Shown here piece by piece: positions 36,759 to 49,300 of a stretch of 64,000 nucleotides of DNA. The notes beneath the pieces were generated by a model. The model ran no database searches, was not told the origin of the DNA, and worked only from the letters and a program-made list of their open reading frames with translations. Numbering within the stretch: position 1 is the first letter of the stretch; every line of letters starts with the position of its first letter. The DNA comes from Okamejei kenojei (lineage: Eukaryota), in NCBI GenBank assembly GCA_035221665.1, contig CM069145.1:32612001-32676000 (forward strand), read 5' to 3'. The position numbers and the translations under genes are program-made.

Positions 36759-37299
36759 TATATTTTCTATTGAGGACTGTGTTTACAAACCTGTTATGCT
36801 GCTGTAAGAATTTCATTTCATGCATTGTTCCATGTTGGTATATTTGATAAAGCACTCTTGACTCTCTTGAATTTTGATGTCACAAACAGATAATATGATT
36901 CAGCCTTAATTTAGCATATTTTTCTAGTTTTGAAACGGAGGTTTCCAAATATTGTTTACTTGAACAGGTTTTGTCAAAGATTCAGAATTTAACTTTAAGT
37001 TTCACAGCCAAAGTTATTGAAATTGTTTCCTATGGATCATATAAAGAGTTTTAGCATCAAAACCAGGTGAAATAATGCTTTATTTGCCAGAATTGGGAGC
37101 CGAGATTTAAAAATGTTTTTCTAATGCCTATGCCAAGTTATTCTGACTATAAAGGTCAAATATATGGACAAATATGAAAACATTATCTGACAAATTTCTT
37201 ATTGTCATTGTCATTTCATTGTAAAGTTGTAAAGGACAGCTTCTTGCATTCGTTACCAAGAGTGCTCTCAGAATCTGACCAACGGGAGCATCCCCGGCA

Positions 37300-37919
37300 A
37301 TCTTCTGCCACTCTGTTCAGGGGGGTGCTCTCTAATTGGTGAATTGTCAGACTTTGATCCCACTCCTTGAGTGAGGTAGAAAGATGATCTCCTTGGAATG
37401 TAACTTTTTTTCTCTATCAATCCGGTAACTGTGTAAGACCTTTTGTAGAAGCCATTGAACTGATATATTTATAAAAATAAAAATAAAAAGGACAGTAATG
37501 GGATAATGTGGAATTCTCTGCCTCAGAGGGCAGTGGAGGCAGGTTCTCTGATTGCTTTCAAGAGAGAGCTAGATAGGACTCTTAAAAATAGCAGAGTCAG
37601 GGGATATGGGGAGAAGGCAGGAACGGGGTACTGATTGGGGATGATCAGCCATGATCACATTGAATGGTTTTTTTGAGTCACAACATTTTAATCAAAAAAT
37701 GTTTGGACTCACTCCATCCCCTCCTGTTCTCCTCACTCACCAACTGCCGCCTGGTGAGAAGTGTAAGATTAGCCAGCATTCTCACCTACAGTTACTGGAT
37801 TGATAGAGAAAAAAGTTACATTCCAAGGAGATCATCTTTCTACCTCACTCAAGGAGTGGGATCAAAATCTGACAATTCACCAATTAGAGAGCACCTCCCT
37901 GAACAGAGTGGCAGAAGAT
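37300..37919. repeat. Inverted duplication: ~132-bp arms (37300-37432 and 37788-37919), ~355-bp spacer
   Basis: atcttctgccactctgttcagg..tctctatcaatccggtaactgt is the reverse complement of acagttactggattgatagaga..cctgaacagagtggcagaagat, with about 4 differences. Confidence 0.95.
37508..37667 (+). mobile_element. Short CR1 3' fragment inside the inverted-repeat spacer
   Basis: WNSLPQRAVEAGSLIAFKRELDR followed by gatcagccatgatcacattgaatgg. Confidence 0.9.
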
Positions 37920-38007
37920 CACCTACAGTTAGCTGACAAATGTTACTGCAGGAGGTCTGCTGTTGTTTTATACATTTTGAGGCAACATGGCCTTGTTAAA
38001 TGTTATC

Positions 38008-38075
38008 AGTATGAAGAAGAATCCCAACCCAAAATGTTCTCCTGAGATGCTGCCTGACCTGATGAGTTATATTTT
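38008..38075 (+). mobile_element. Degenerate Penelope-like pseudo-LTR fragment
   Basis: tgaagaagaatcccaacccaaaatgt..gagatgctgcctgacctgatgagtta. Confidence 0.55.
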
Positions 38076-38794
38076 GTATACCCTTTGTATACCCTTGTTT
38101 TTATGGCAATGTTAACAAAATTTAAAATCATATTTCCAAGAAACTGAACAATGTTATATCCTTGGGATAAATTCTTTAAATGCATCACTTTTCTGTAGTT
38201 TATTTGATTGTATTTATTTTGTGCCACATAAAATAATTGTAAACAGGTATAATGATTTGTACACGTCATGTTTTTCACTGCAAGTACCTTGCCCAGTAGG
38301 ACCAGTGCGTTTTGAAAGGCATCAGAGGGTTTGCAATAAATGCTGGGCTTATCAATGACACCAATATCCCGAGAGCTTATCAGGTAAATCATTGATCCGT
38401 TTTTGTTCTGTGTCTGATGCCTGGGTGTCAGAGAAACAGATGGTTCTGCGCTAAAGAAAGGAAAATAAACACAATTTTCTGCATTCGGTGATGCCTGAGC
38501 TTGGATTTTGATTGTCCAATGGCAAAAAAGCCTGAAAATACTTATTTAAGTCTGTATTTGAAGAAAAATCAGTTCACTTGGATGAAAAAGGATTGGTGAT
38601 ACCAATGGAATCAAACACAAGAACAAACTATTATATTTAGAAATGGATGAGATCATGAGGGATATGCAATCTGATCAGTGACAAGTGTTTACAATATACA
38701 CATTTTTCTTTAAGCTTCTTGAGTTTTTGGAATGACCTGTGACATTTAGTTTTGTTTTATGCTGCACTTCCAAGCTTAATCAAAACAAAATGGT

Positions 38795-39060
38795 CCAATG
38801 GTTCTTTATTATCACATGTACCCAGGTACAATAACATTCTTTTTTTGCACACAGACCAGTAAGATTATTCCCATACATAAGTAAACACACCAAATGTATA
38901 GAAACAGCTCACTGAATCCATATGCAAAAGACGCCAGGTTTTGGCGCTATTTTCAAAGTCCCAGCTGCAGGTGGCCATTAAGGCCAATTGCAGCCATTGC
39001 CTCCATCCAGATCGTCCTGTGAACCATTGTTCCTCTCCTCGTCCGGCCACCTTAACCTTT
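38795..39060 (-). mobile_element. Short LINE-tailed retroposon fragment
   Basis: tttattatcacatgtacccaggtaca is the reverse complement of the shared LINE tail; GC-richer body follows. Confidence 0.5.
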
Positions 39061-39514
39061 ATGTTCCTGAGCGCCTCCCAGTCAACCTGGAGGTTTGGAT
39101 ATTTTGGTTATTTGGATTGTATAATCTTCCCCACTAGTTATTTGATACCCCCATAAATATTGACAATCATGTCATTCAGAAAAAATAATTTATATTATTA
39201 TTGATAGATAATAATGCTGAAAAATATGTGCAACAATGTTTTAAAACTCAAAATATAAAAATCATTGGCTCAGCATTATATTTATAAATAGTGGTGAAAT
39301 AATATTGCAACTACATTATCAAAATTCTATTGTAATTTGAAATTAATTACGTTTCTTTCTTTAGAATTTAAGGTTCATTTGATTTGAATTTTTATTCACC
39401 ACCTGGCATAAGTCTGCAGGCAATGTTTGAAAACTGCGTCATGTCTGAATTTAATTCAGTACAGTCCCAATAAGTGCTAAACTAGTGGTTTTAGACATGT
39501 TGGTAACATTTTCT

Positions 39515-40305
39515 GCCAAAGTCGTTATTTCGACTTTCTTTTAGCGTGTCCAAATGTTTGCTTTAGTGTCTCTCAGTATTTCTTGTGTAGAGGGTGGTGG
39601 GGGGGAAAAGGAGGAAACCGGTCTTCACTCACTTCCTCGACTGAGAGGCAATTATTTTCGCGTAGCTTCTCCACCTCCCTCGCGGGCCTAACAGCTTGGA
39701 TTGGAGTAGCCTTTCCTGGAGTCGGGCCCAGAGCTGCAGCAGCAGGCGCAGCATGGACTTTTCAATCGCGGGCCCTTGCCTGGGGTCACCAGAAAGGAGT
39801 GCTCCGATCGCTGGCCTGATGAATTTGGCATCATGGGGCTGTGGTCTGCGGAGCTTATATCCATGGGCGTGGCATGGATTTACCATTTGGAGTCTGGGAT
39901 CCCTTGCCGGGGATCGCCGGAGAAGAGCTCCGACAGCCAGCCTGCGGCCTATAACATCCTGATGCCGCGGTAGGAAAGTGGCCGATTCGGGCGCTCCAAG
40001 CCGCGGAGTGTGTTCGACCGTCCCGACGTCAGAGTTTTGGTCATCCCGACGAGAGGGCCTGTACATCTGGCCGTCCGTAGTGGCGACTACGGAGGGTTTA
40101 TGGCTCCGACCACGGATGAATGGGGGAGGAGGACTGACTGAACTTTGTTGTCTTTCACCTCAGTGAGGAATGCTGTGGTGGATGTTTGTGTTGAATTCTA
40201 TTGTGTATTGTGTGTTTTTTTAAGTGTATCGCTGCATGGCAAATTCATTTCACTGTGCCTTCGTTAGTACATGTGACAAATAAATTTGACTTTGACTTTG
40301 ACTTT
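39515..40305 (+). mobile_element. CpG-rich LINE-tailed retroposon with (TTTGAC)n tail
   Basis: Same architecture as 6375-7096; ends ttcactgtgccttcgttagtacatgtgacaaataaatttgactttgactttgacttt. Confidence 0.78.
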
Positions 40306-42254
40306 GGAAACAAAGAAGTATCAGGAAAATGGGTAAATGAGAACATAGAGCAGGACTGCACAGATACAGGCCCTCCAGCCCACAATGGCTGCGCCAAACA
40401 TGATGCCAAGATAAACTACTCTCATCTACCTGCACAATGCAGATCTCTCCATTCCCTGCACATCGATCTGCCTTTCCAAAAGCACCCAACACTCCTCCAG
40501 CAAATTACAGGCATCCTTCACGCTCTTTGTAACAAAAACCTGCTCTGCCAAATGTAGGATAAATGGTTTAACAGAAGGTCTTTTGAAAATTGCCATAAAA
40601 AGTTTTATTGTCTAAGATGTGCAAAGTTTAGCATAGCCTACATGTTGTTCATAATAGGTTTCCTTCTTGTTATTCCTTTTCCAGACCTATCCTTTGTCAT
40701 TCCCTAATCCCGTTACAATTCTGTCACACCACCCTTTTGACATTTCATTTCTTTGACTGCCCTATCTCAGTCCTCCCTTCCTACTTTGTCTGCTTCTTAC
40801 AACCTGTTTATCAGCAACTGTTTATCAGTAACTGTTCTGATGAAACATCATTGGCTTGAAACATTCACTCTTTCTCTGTTCACAGACCTGCAACTTTCCA
40901 TCTCATTCCATATTTAGATAAGGTATACAGGAGGACATACAAATAACATATTGAGTGATATTAATTTATGCAAGTATTTTGGCATTTCCTTCATGCTGTT
41001 TTTAAAGTAACTGTTGGGGAGAAATTTGAAAGACGTACAAAACAGTCTTTAATGCAACACTAGTTTTTACTTTGAGAGCTGCCTTGGCCTTCCAAATATT
41101 GATTGAACTACTCCACAACAGAGGTAGCCAGTGTATACAGATCTTGGATTAAGTTTGTTTTGCAATTGTTGAGCCATTCTACAGAAACACTGTACAGCTG
41201 CATTTATAAAGTTCCTGACATTTTTTTCCAGTTACATGACTCAAAGTTGTTAAACTGTTAAAATGTTTTCTTCGAATGCACACTGATAGACTGCTGGTTT
41301 GTCATTATTGCCAAGACCATCAATTTTTCAGGAAGTGTGCATTTCCAGACTACAGATTAATTCAGGTTTCAAACTCGGATGAAAAGGAACATGTTTCTTT
41401 ATTTTGGCAAATTGCACAATGTAGCCTTGCATGCTTGAAAACATTTTTCAGATGAATCTGGAATTGTAAAATAATTTACTCTGAAGTTTTAGTGAACCAG
41501 ACTTTAATTTCAAATATTTACCTGAGAAATACATTCCTTTTCAGCTTCAATAAAAATGGGGAATAGAAGCCACAATTTCTGTCATAATTAAAAAAAAATG
41601 CTGATTGGCACTTATAATGTTATCAATGAGTCTGGCTTTTTTTGGTGCAGTCAGCATGCATTAGCCCAATCAGCTTCGTATGGATAGCAACATATGGACT
41701 AAACGTTTATTACAAGGCAGATTAAATTGTAAGCTCCACCAACGTTTGTGGGTTGGATTATCTTTCTATTGGGGTGGAATTTTGGTAGAGTTTGTTTCTT
41801 GGCCATTCCTCTGACTCTGTCCTGGACTTCCATACATTGTTTTGGGCTGGGTGTTATTGACCAACATAATGGGTTCTTTCCTGGATTTTCACTCTCATAG
41901 AGAAGCGATCTACAGTGGGTTAGACTTGGTGAAACAGTTGAATGTGAACAAGTTGAATGTGAACAAGATTAATAAACTTGTGGGGAACAAAATCTATACA
42001 GGAGGTCAAGGAAAATCATTTTGGAGCTATTGAAACCTACATTGGGTAGTGGTTCTGAAGCCCATTGCTGGCAATTACTGGGACCTACTGTCATTCTCAG
42101 CAAGTACAGGGAATTGAGAAGTTCAAGTTAAGTCTTACAGGAGACTAAACATCGTGTATTTTCTAATTCATGTACCAGTTAGAAAATGATGTGATGCCTG
42201 ATACCCTAAGAGGGTATCATATGATGACTTTTATACCAAACTCTGTCCAGTAGA

Positions 42255-43050
42255 TAAATAGATAGAAAATAGGTGCAGGAGGAGGCCATTCGCCCCTTCA
42301 ATCCAGCATCGCCATTCATTGTGATCATGGCTGAACGTCTCCGATCAAAAACCCGTGCCTGCCTTCTCCCCATATCCATTGAGTCAACTAGCCCCTAGAG
42401 CTCTATCTAACTCTGTCTTAAATCCATCCAGTGATTTGGCCTCCACTGCCCTCTGTGTCAGGGAATTCCACAAATTCACAACTCTCTGGGTGAAAAAGTT
42501 TTTTCTCACTTCAGTCTTAAATGGCCTCCATTTTATTCTAAGACTGTGGCCCCTGGTTCTGGACTCGCCCAACATTGGGAACATTTTTCCTGCATCTAGC
42601 TTGTCCAGTCCTTTTATAATTTTATATGTTTCTATAAGATTCCCCCCTCATGCTTCTAAACTCCAGTGAATACAAGCCTAGTCTTTTCAATCTTTCCTCA
42701 TATGACAGTCCCGCCATCCCAGGGATCAATCTTGTGAACCTACGCTGCACTGTCTCAATCACAAGGATGTCCTTCCTCAAATTAGGAGACTAAAACTGTA
42801 TGCAATACTCCAGATGTGGTCTTTCCAGAGCCCTATACAACTGCAGAAGAACCTATACTGAAATCCTCTTGTTTTGAAGGCCAAAGCTTTCTTCACTGCC
42901 TGCTGTACCTTTCAGTGACCGGTGTACAAGGACACCCAGATCTCGCTGTACCTCCACCTTACCTAACCTAACCCCATTGAGATAATAACCTGCCCCCTTG
43001 TTTTTGCCACCAAAGTGGATAACCTCACATTTATCTCTAGTATACTGCAT
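42255..43050 (-). mobile_element. 5'-truncated CR1 LINE (ORF2 C-terminus and 3' UTR)
   Basis: Peptides DKCEVIHFGGKN..VQRDLGVLVH and GESRTRGHSLRIK..RKNFFTQRVVNLWNSL..FKTELDRAL. Confidence 0.95.
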
Positions 43051-43061
43051 CAGTAGTAGCA

Positions 43062-43420
43062 TGTTAATCAGAAGGTCTTGGATTTAAACTTCATTTTAGA
43101 GATATGAGCATGTTGGCACATAGGAAAGTTGAGAATGTCCTGTCTCAAATAAGATATTAAGCAGAAACTATGTCTCTGGGTGCACTACAGAGATGGTATT
43201 TGGAAGAACAGGGACTTCTGGCAATTAATTTCCATCATGAACAATACCATCACTGAAATATATATTACTTAGTCATGTATGTAGTGAGACTTGGCTCTGT
43301 CCAAATTGATTCATCTTGTTTTCTACATTACAGTGATTACAATGTAAAATTCACTTCATTGATCGTAAAATAGTTTAGAACATCCTAATATCGTGAAGAG
43401 CTGTTTATAAATGTGAATCC
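43062..43420 (+). mobile_element. Ancient Deu-domain SINE, degenerate
   Basis: tcagaaggtcttggatttaaac head; aaattgatt..ctacattacagtgattaca..cacttcattgatcgtaaaa..catcct..cgtgaagagctg..ataaatg 3' block, like 10140-10260. Confidence 0.6.
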
Positions 43421-44706
43421 TTTTCTTCCCATTCAGAGTAGAATTCTGGTGGTGAATATACAGTAGCCCAGTAGGTCTGAAATCTGGAAACTGCCTTCAA
43501 TTTTGACAAAAAAAGGAAAAAATATTTCAAACTATAGTGGATTAGAAATTCTATTGCACAGCACATCTTTACAGCATGTTAGGATTATTACACCTTAGTA
43601 ATGCCTTAAATATTTGTAGTTTTGCATTTCTAATCATTTTCTCAATAGTGACTATTCATCAATTAAATTTGGCAATCCAATATTGATTTTGGATATGGCA
43701 GGTAGGATTCCCTCATGGTAAGGATAATATCCCACTGAGTTTAAACACAATTACAATTTGTACAGTACTAGTGAATCTGAAATTTAAAGAATGTACCTTA
43801 GGTATGTATAAGGCCTGTGAATCTTGTTTCTTTATTTTATTCTATGTATTATTATAATATAATCTTTGGTCATAACCCATTCTGATTGAATTCTAAAATG
43901 TATTCATTTAAATAGTAACACTAAAGCTCTTGTTATTTTGATACATAGTCCAATACAAGGATCATCGGAATCATCTTAAAGTTTCCACCTTCCAAGCCTC
44001 ATGCCATCTGCAGTATCAGAGTACAAGCTTGTAGCCCAGGCAGTGAATTATATCAAAAATTAGAGGAAAACTTGCTTTATTTTTGAGCAATAAAGTTTAA
44101 CTGGCAAATGGGTGGCGAGGGGGAAGAAGATAAAAGTAATATCTCAAGTACTTCCACAGGTCTAAATATGCTGGTGCTTATATATTCATGATATTGCCAT
44201 TAATCTGCACACTAACGTATTGGTAAATAGATTCAATTGAACCTGGTCCTGTGGGTACCCAAAATTAGAAAAACAGAAACAAAGTTAGGCAGCACCTGCA
44301 GAAAGAGAAACTGACTAAAACCCCTGTCTCACGGTGCGAGTTGACCCATGAGTGACCCCGACTTGTCACTCGCGGTAATCACGTACACTAAACGTAGTGG
44401 GAACATGTTTGATTTTTTCCACGAGTCAAATTTACAGTTCAAGTTAAAAATTGAACCATTTTAAACTCGTTTATAACGTGGTGGCCCGTGCGTTTACCTA
44501 AGTGATTCGTGAGTCTACCGTGGGAACTCTTTTAACTCAGCGGGCAGGCAGCATCTCTGGAGAGAAGGAATGGGTGACGGGATGACATTTCCAAATTTCT
44601 CCAGCCCCATGTGTTCACTTTTTTCAACTAGCAGCTGCCCTTTCTTGTGTATGGCATTATTTGTATCTACAGTGCCTTGTGTCTTGGCAATTCATGATTC
44701 ACACAC

Positions 44707-44840
44707 NNNNNNNNNNNNNNNNNNNNNNNNNNNNNNNNNNNNNNNNNNNNNNNNNNNNNNNNNNNNNNNNNNNNNNNNNNNNNNNNNNNNNNNNNNNNNN
44801 NNNNNNNNNNNNNNNNNNNNNNNNNNNNNNNNNNNNNNNN
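44707..44840. other. Assembly gap (134 N) within a CA-rich tandem array
   Basis: Run of N flanked by acacac. Confidence 1.
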
Positions 44841-45205
44841 ACACACAATGCTGAAGTAACTCGCACACACACACACAATTCTGGAGTAACTCGCACACAC
44901 ACAATTCTGGAGTAACTCGCACACACACAATGCTGGAGTAACTCACATACACACACAATGCTGGGGTGACACACACAATGCTGGGGTAACTCGCACACGC
45001 ACACACACAATGCTGGGGTAACTCTCTCTCTCACTCACACACACACATACACACACACACACACACTCACACACACACAGCTGGAGTAACTCGCACACAC
45101 ACACACAATGCTAAGGTAACTCACACACACATACACACAATGCTGTAGTAACTCACATACACACACCAACAATGCTGGAGTAACTCTCACACACACACAA
45201 TGCTG
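44841..45205 (+). repeat. Minisatellite: (CA)n + ATGCTGGAGTAACTC units
   Basis: About ten units of cacacaatgctggagtaactc with variable CA spacers, running into a Penelope-like fragment at 45200. Confidence 0.95.
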
Positions 45206-45357
45206 GTGGGACAGGCAGCATCTCCGGAGAGAAGGAATGATGATGTATCGGGTCGAGACCCTTCCTTAGACTACTACCCAGAGATGCTGCCTGTCCCGCT
45301 GAGTTACTCCAGCATTTCGTCTATCTTTAAACCAGCATCTGGACTTCCTTCCCACAC
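45200..45357. mobile_element. Inverted Penelope-like pseudo-LTR pair
   Basis: gggacaggcagcatctc..gggtcgagacccttc, then gagatgctgcctgtcccgctgagttactccagca. Confidence 0.8.
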
Positions 45358-45526
45358 AATAACCAATGAGATTCCCCACTAAACTTCCGTGCCCTCATTG
45401 TTCCCCTCTCTGTCTTCCCCAGACCTCGGCTGCAATGTCACCGCTGGCAAATCAGTTCATTCTCGTTCTACTGCACCCGCTCCTCGGTGAAGCGGCTAAC
45501 TTCATTCAAAAAATTGGAATGTCACA

Positions 45527-45630
45527 TTGGCGGCGCAGCAGTATTGTTGCTGCCTCACAGCGCCAGAGACCCGAGTTCAATCCTGACGACTGGTGCTGTC
45601 CGTATGGAGTTTGCACGTTCTCCAAGTGAC
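45527..45630 (+). mobile_element. 5' fragment of an HE1/V-SINE
   Basis: A-box-like tggcggcgcagcagta, B-box gagttcaatcc, V-domain ggagtttgcacgttctcc. Confidence 0.8.
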
Positions 45631-45911
45631 CTAGAAACACACCTGTCCAACTCGCCCGGAGTTTCGTTCGGTTCCAGGGTGCAGCCTTGCAACGAGGGGA
45701 AGAGCAGGTTCCATCTCGACCAGCATCAAAAACTCACGGCTGAGCCACGGTAATGATGATGCCCAGCCTGGAAGGTATCCCGATCCCAATGGGAGGCAGT
45801 CATGAGATAATGCTTGGCTGTTGTGCTCGGGGAGAGATTTGCTCTTTAAAAAATTTGAATCGAAATTCTACTTATAGTGAACTACACACATGAAAGGGAT
45901 AAGATGGTATA

Positions 45912-46337
45912 GTGTCTGAAGAACCGACCCGAAACCTCATCTATTTCTTTTTTCCAGAGATGCTGCCTGAGCTGCTGTGTTACTCCAGCTTTTTGTCTAT
46001 CTTCGATGTAAACCAGCATCTGCAGTTCCCTTCCCGCACAATATAGTATGAACGTCGGGTTTCTAATCTGATACACAATAGATAGGGCACCATCCTCGGG
46101 CTAACCTGGTGACAGGCTGTAGGAAGCAGCTGCAGATGCTGCTTTAAACCAAAGATAGATGCAAAATGCTGGAGTCACTCAGCGGGACAGGCTGCCGTCG
46201 TCCATATTCTAGTGACACGCAACATATTGGTGTTCCCGTGCAGCTCTACACCAGAACAAACACTGAAGAAGGGTCTCGACCCGAACTGTCACCCATTCCT
46301 TCTCTCCAGAGATGCTGCCTGTCCCGCTGAGTTACTG
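45912..46337. mobile_element. Cluster of Penelope-like pseudo-LTR fragments in both orientations
   Basis: ctgaagaaccgacccgaaac (~45915), tgtaggaagcagctgcagatgctg (~46118), ctgaagaagggtctcgacccgaactgtc (46263). Confidence 0.8.
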
Positions 46338-49300
46338 TCACCTAGTCCCATCTACCTGCACTCAGACCGGAGTGTGGCAAGTGGGTTACTGACCCCAATC
46401 CCCTCCTTCACAACGCCAGACTCCCCAAACACTGTGAACGGAGCTCTCCCCCCACCCCGGGAAATACAGTATTTAAAAACATAAAACACGAAGAAATGCA
46501 CTTACCACGTTATTGGTTACTGGAGGGTGCGCATTTTCCCTTTGTAATAGGGAAAGTGCGCTGAAATAACTCAAAGCCACGGGATGGAGATGTCTTCTTT
46601 AACATTATTGCTTTATTAAAACATACCTTCATTCACGAATAACGGGAGAGGACTTGGTAACTCGGGAGAGGAAGTTGGAACATTGCAGGAATGACATACC
46701 CATGGGAACTCGGTTAAACACTTGGTCATAAACTTGAAGTCTTGTACATAACCACGAGTCTTTCACTCGGGGCACCTCGTGGGTCAACTTGCAGCGTGAG
46801 ACAGGGCCATTATTGTTTCACATTGAAGCCCCCTTGTCAGAACTTGGTGTGCATTAAATTTCCAGCATCTGCAGTGTTTTGTGGATCCTATTTCAGTGCT
46901 TCAGGTGTAAGCTCCCTAAAATCATTTGGCCAAGCTTGCTTATTTTGCTGTTAGAATCGTTGGCTGAATGGTAAGAGCCTGCCATCTGTGGCTTCTCTTT
47001 GATATTGAAATCTATAAGCATAAATGCATCACACGAGAACATCTTTCAATCATTCTCTTTAATTAATATTTCGAAGAAATATTAATTTAGATTGATACTG
47101 TTAATTTTCATTCAGTGTCATTATTTATGTTTCTCCCTTTTCCATGTTGCTCCAGAAAATGTTTAATCAAATATTAAGAGGCATTCACTACTTTGTTTTC
47201 TGTTTTCTCAGCCAAACACATTGGAGTGTTTGCCACCAATTTATTAATCAAGGAAATTCAACATTTCAATTTTGTTTCATTTTTCCATATAAATTAGTGG
47301 TCAAACAATGTATGATTCCTAAAAAGAGCAAAAAATGTGGCCGATAGAATTATTGCTATTTCCCAATTCTTCCATTACCTTCAGGAATGTTCTCAGCTCC
47401 CTTGAGGCTAGCAACCCCAATATTTTATTAATGCTAACCCCGATATTTTATATCCAATTCTGTTTACATTTGTGTAGATTATTTAAAATTGATGTAATCA
47501 TTAATTGTATATTACACTAAATGACTGTTTAGTTTGTTGTTCTTCTCAGTAATATTAGGTTTTTTGCATATCTTTGCACTGTGACACTTATTCTCAAATT
47601 GCTTTCCACTCCAACACTCAACAGAGGCTTCCTCTGTACCCAAAGACTTTCATGTAGCTGCTACAAATTATCATATCAAAATACTCATTCTCAGCTGCTC
47701 CTGTAGCAGTACAATGCATTATGTTCCATAATCGTCAGTTAAATGACATTAGGAAAAACAACAAAATGTATTTATTTATTCCAGTGGCTACATTAAATTA
47801 CTCTCCCTAAAGTCATTGGGAACATAATTGTACTTTTTAAGCATCTTTGTTGAAATCAGGCAATGTAGCTGAATGGTTCATGATATGAACAAAGGAGATT
47901 TTGAGTGGCTGCACAGTGAAACAGGCAATAAGTATGTATTTTGGGGAAGTCCGAACCAGCCATACTGCTTTGAAGAATTTGTTTTTGTGGTTTTGCTTTT
48001 TATCCTTTAACATTTCCACAAGAAAGGTAAATTGACAGAAGAAGGCTATTAACATTTCATAAATGTAAAGTCATGTCACCAAATGATTATTTATGCATAT
48101 CAAATGTTGGAGATAGTCAGCGATTTCAAATTCGAGGATGTCAGTAGTGTTGTTAACGGCTACAAAACTCAATTCAATTCAATGCTAAATGGCCTTTTTG
48201 TTGCTGCCTCAGTGTCTTCAAACTCCTTTCACACAGAATAGTTTGAAGTTGTGGAAAGATTCACAGGCCATTGGGGGAACTACTCTTCCATAACCCGAGT
48301 CATCTTTCTGTTAACCAAGAGGATGATAGGTACCATGCACCAGGAGGGGCTTACATATCAAACACACAAAATAATTTAGAGAGGTAGCATCCATAGTGGT
48401 GTGAGTATACCGCTACTCTATTCTCTCCTCCTTTCAGATGCTGTTTAAATGCTATGTTTGCGATCATCTATCCTAGCATTTCTCAGCACATTATGATGTC
48501 AATATTTGTCTAATAACACCGTTGTGGATTATTTTACGCTGTTAAAGGTCTAATATAAATGATGCCCACTGCTGCTTTGTTGGGCTTTACCATTGCAGCT
48601 GTGGAACAAACCACAAAATGAACAGCATAGCTTTCTACACATTCTAATATATTTCTGCTGTAAGCGCATTCCCCTGATGGCTAGCAGTTATTGATAAATT
48701 ATGGCTATAAATTGCTAAACCAACACATTCTATCTTCAGTTTTTTTTCCTCTTACTTCCTTAGTTGAAGCTGTAAAAAGGCTACATGCCACTGTTTGTCC
48801 TTGCAGCAATGTAACTTACTCACCTCCACGTTTACCTGAATCTCATATTCTTACTTCACCTCCTTACCAGAAATATTATCAAAAAAACTAATTGACTTTA
48901 AAGATGAATTTAAAATACATCTTATCTTAATCTGATAAAAACACAGAATGAAACCAATTGGCCCATTGGATACGTGCCATTTAAAATCATGTTTTCTCAT
49001 CATATTTGCTCTGAAATAATATTATTTTTTCCCCTTGCTGTACCATTTAATGTTTTAACAGCCGTGCACCTAGAGACGCTCCGAGCTGCTCTGTGGCTTA
49101 CATTTTTGTCATGCTAGATGTGAGATATTTAAGTTGCTTTGAGAATGACTAAAACACATAAGCGAATAAACCATTACAAAGAGAACTTTACCCTCTTGTA
49201 ATATATGAGTAGGACTATAAAGCACAAAACAGTATAGTCTGAACACTGGTTATGGCTGCATATTTGCTGTTATGTAAAATTAAAAGGAAGTGAAAACTTT

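Larger units (their letters stand above)
44318..46810. mobile_element. ~2.5-kb non-autonomous TIR element filled with secondary insertions
   Basis: Left ccctgtctcacggtgcgagttgacccatgagtgaccccga vs right-end reverse complement ccctgtctcacgctgcaagttgacccacgaggtgccccga; TA on both flanks; appears to split an older Penelope-like fragment. Confidence 0.85.

Noticed and set aside
41937-41968. Short tandem duplication gttgaatgtgaacaa x2 (similarly agtgaattaaa x2 at ~21929)
   Set aside because: Ordinary slippage duplications with no further structure.
44841-45205. CRISPR-like repeat/spacer appearance
   Set aside because: The spacers are just variable (CA)n, the context is eukaryotic and there are no cas genes.
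45527-45600. A/B boxes suggesting a tRNA gene (also ~7640-7685 on minus)
   Set aside because: Followed directly by the V-SINE core; these are SINE heads, not tRNAs.
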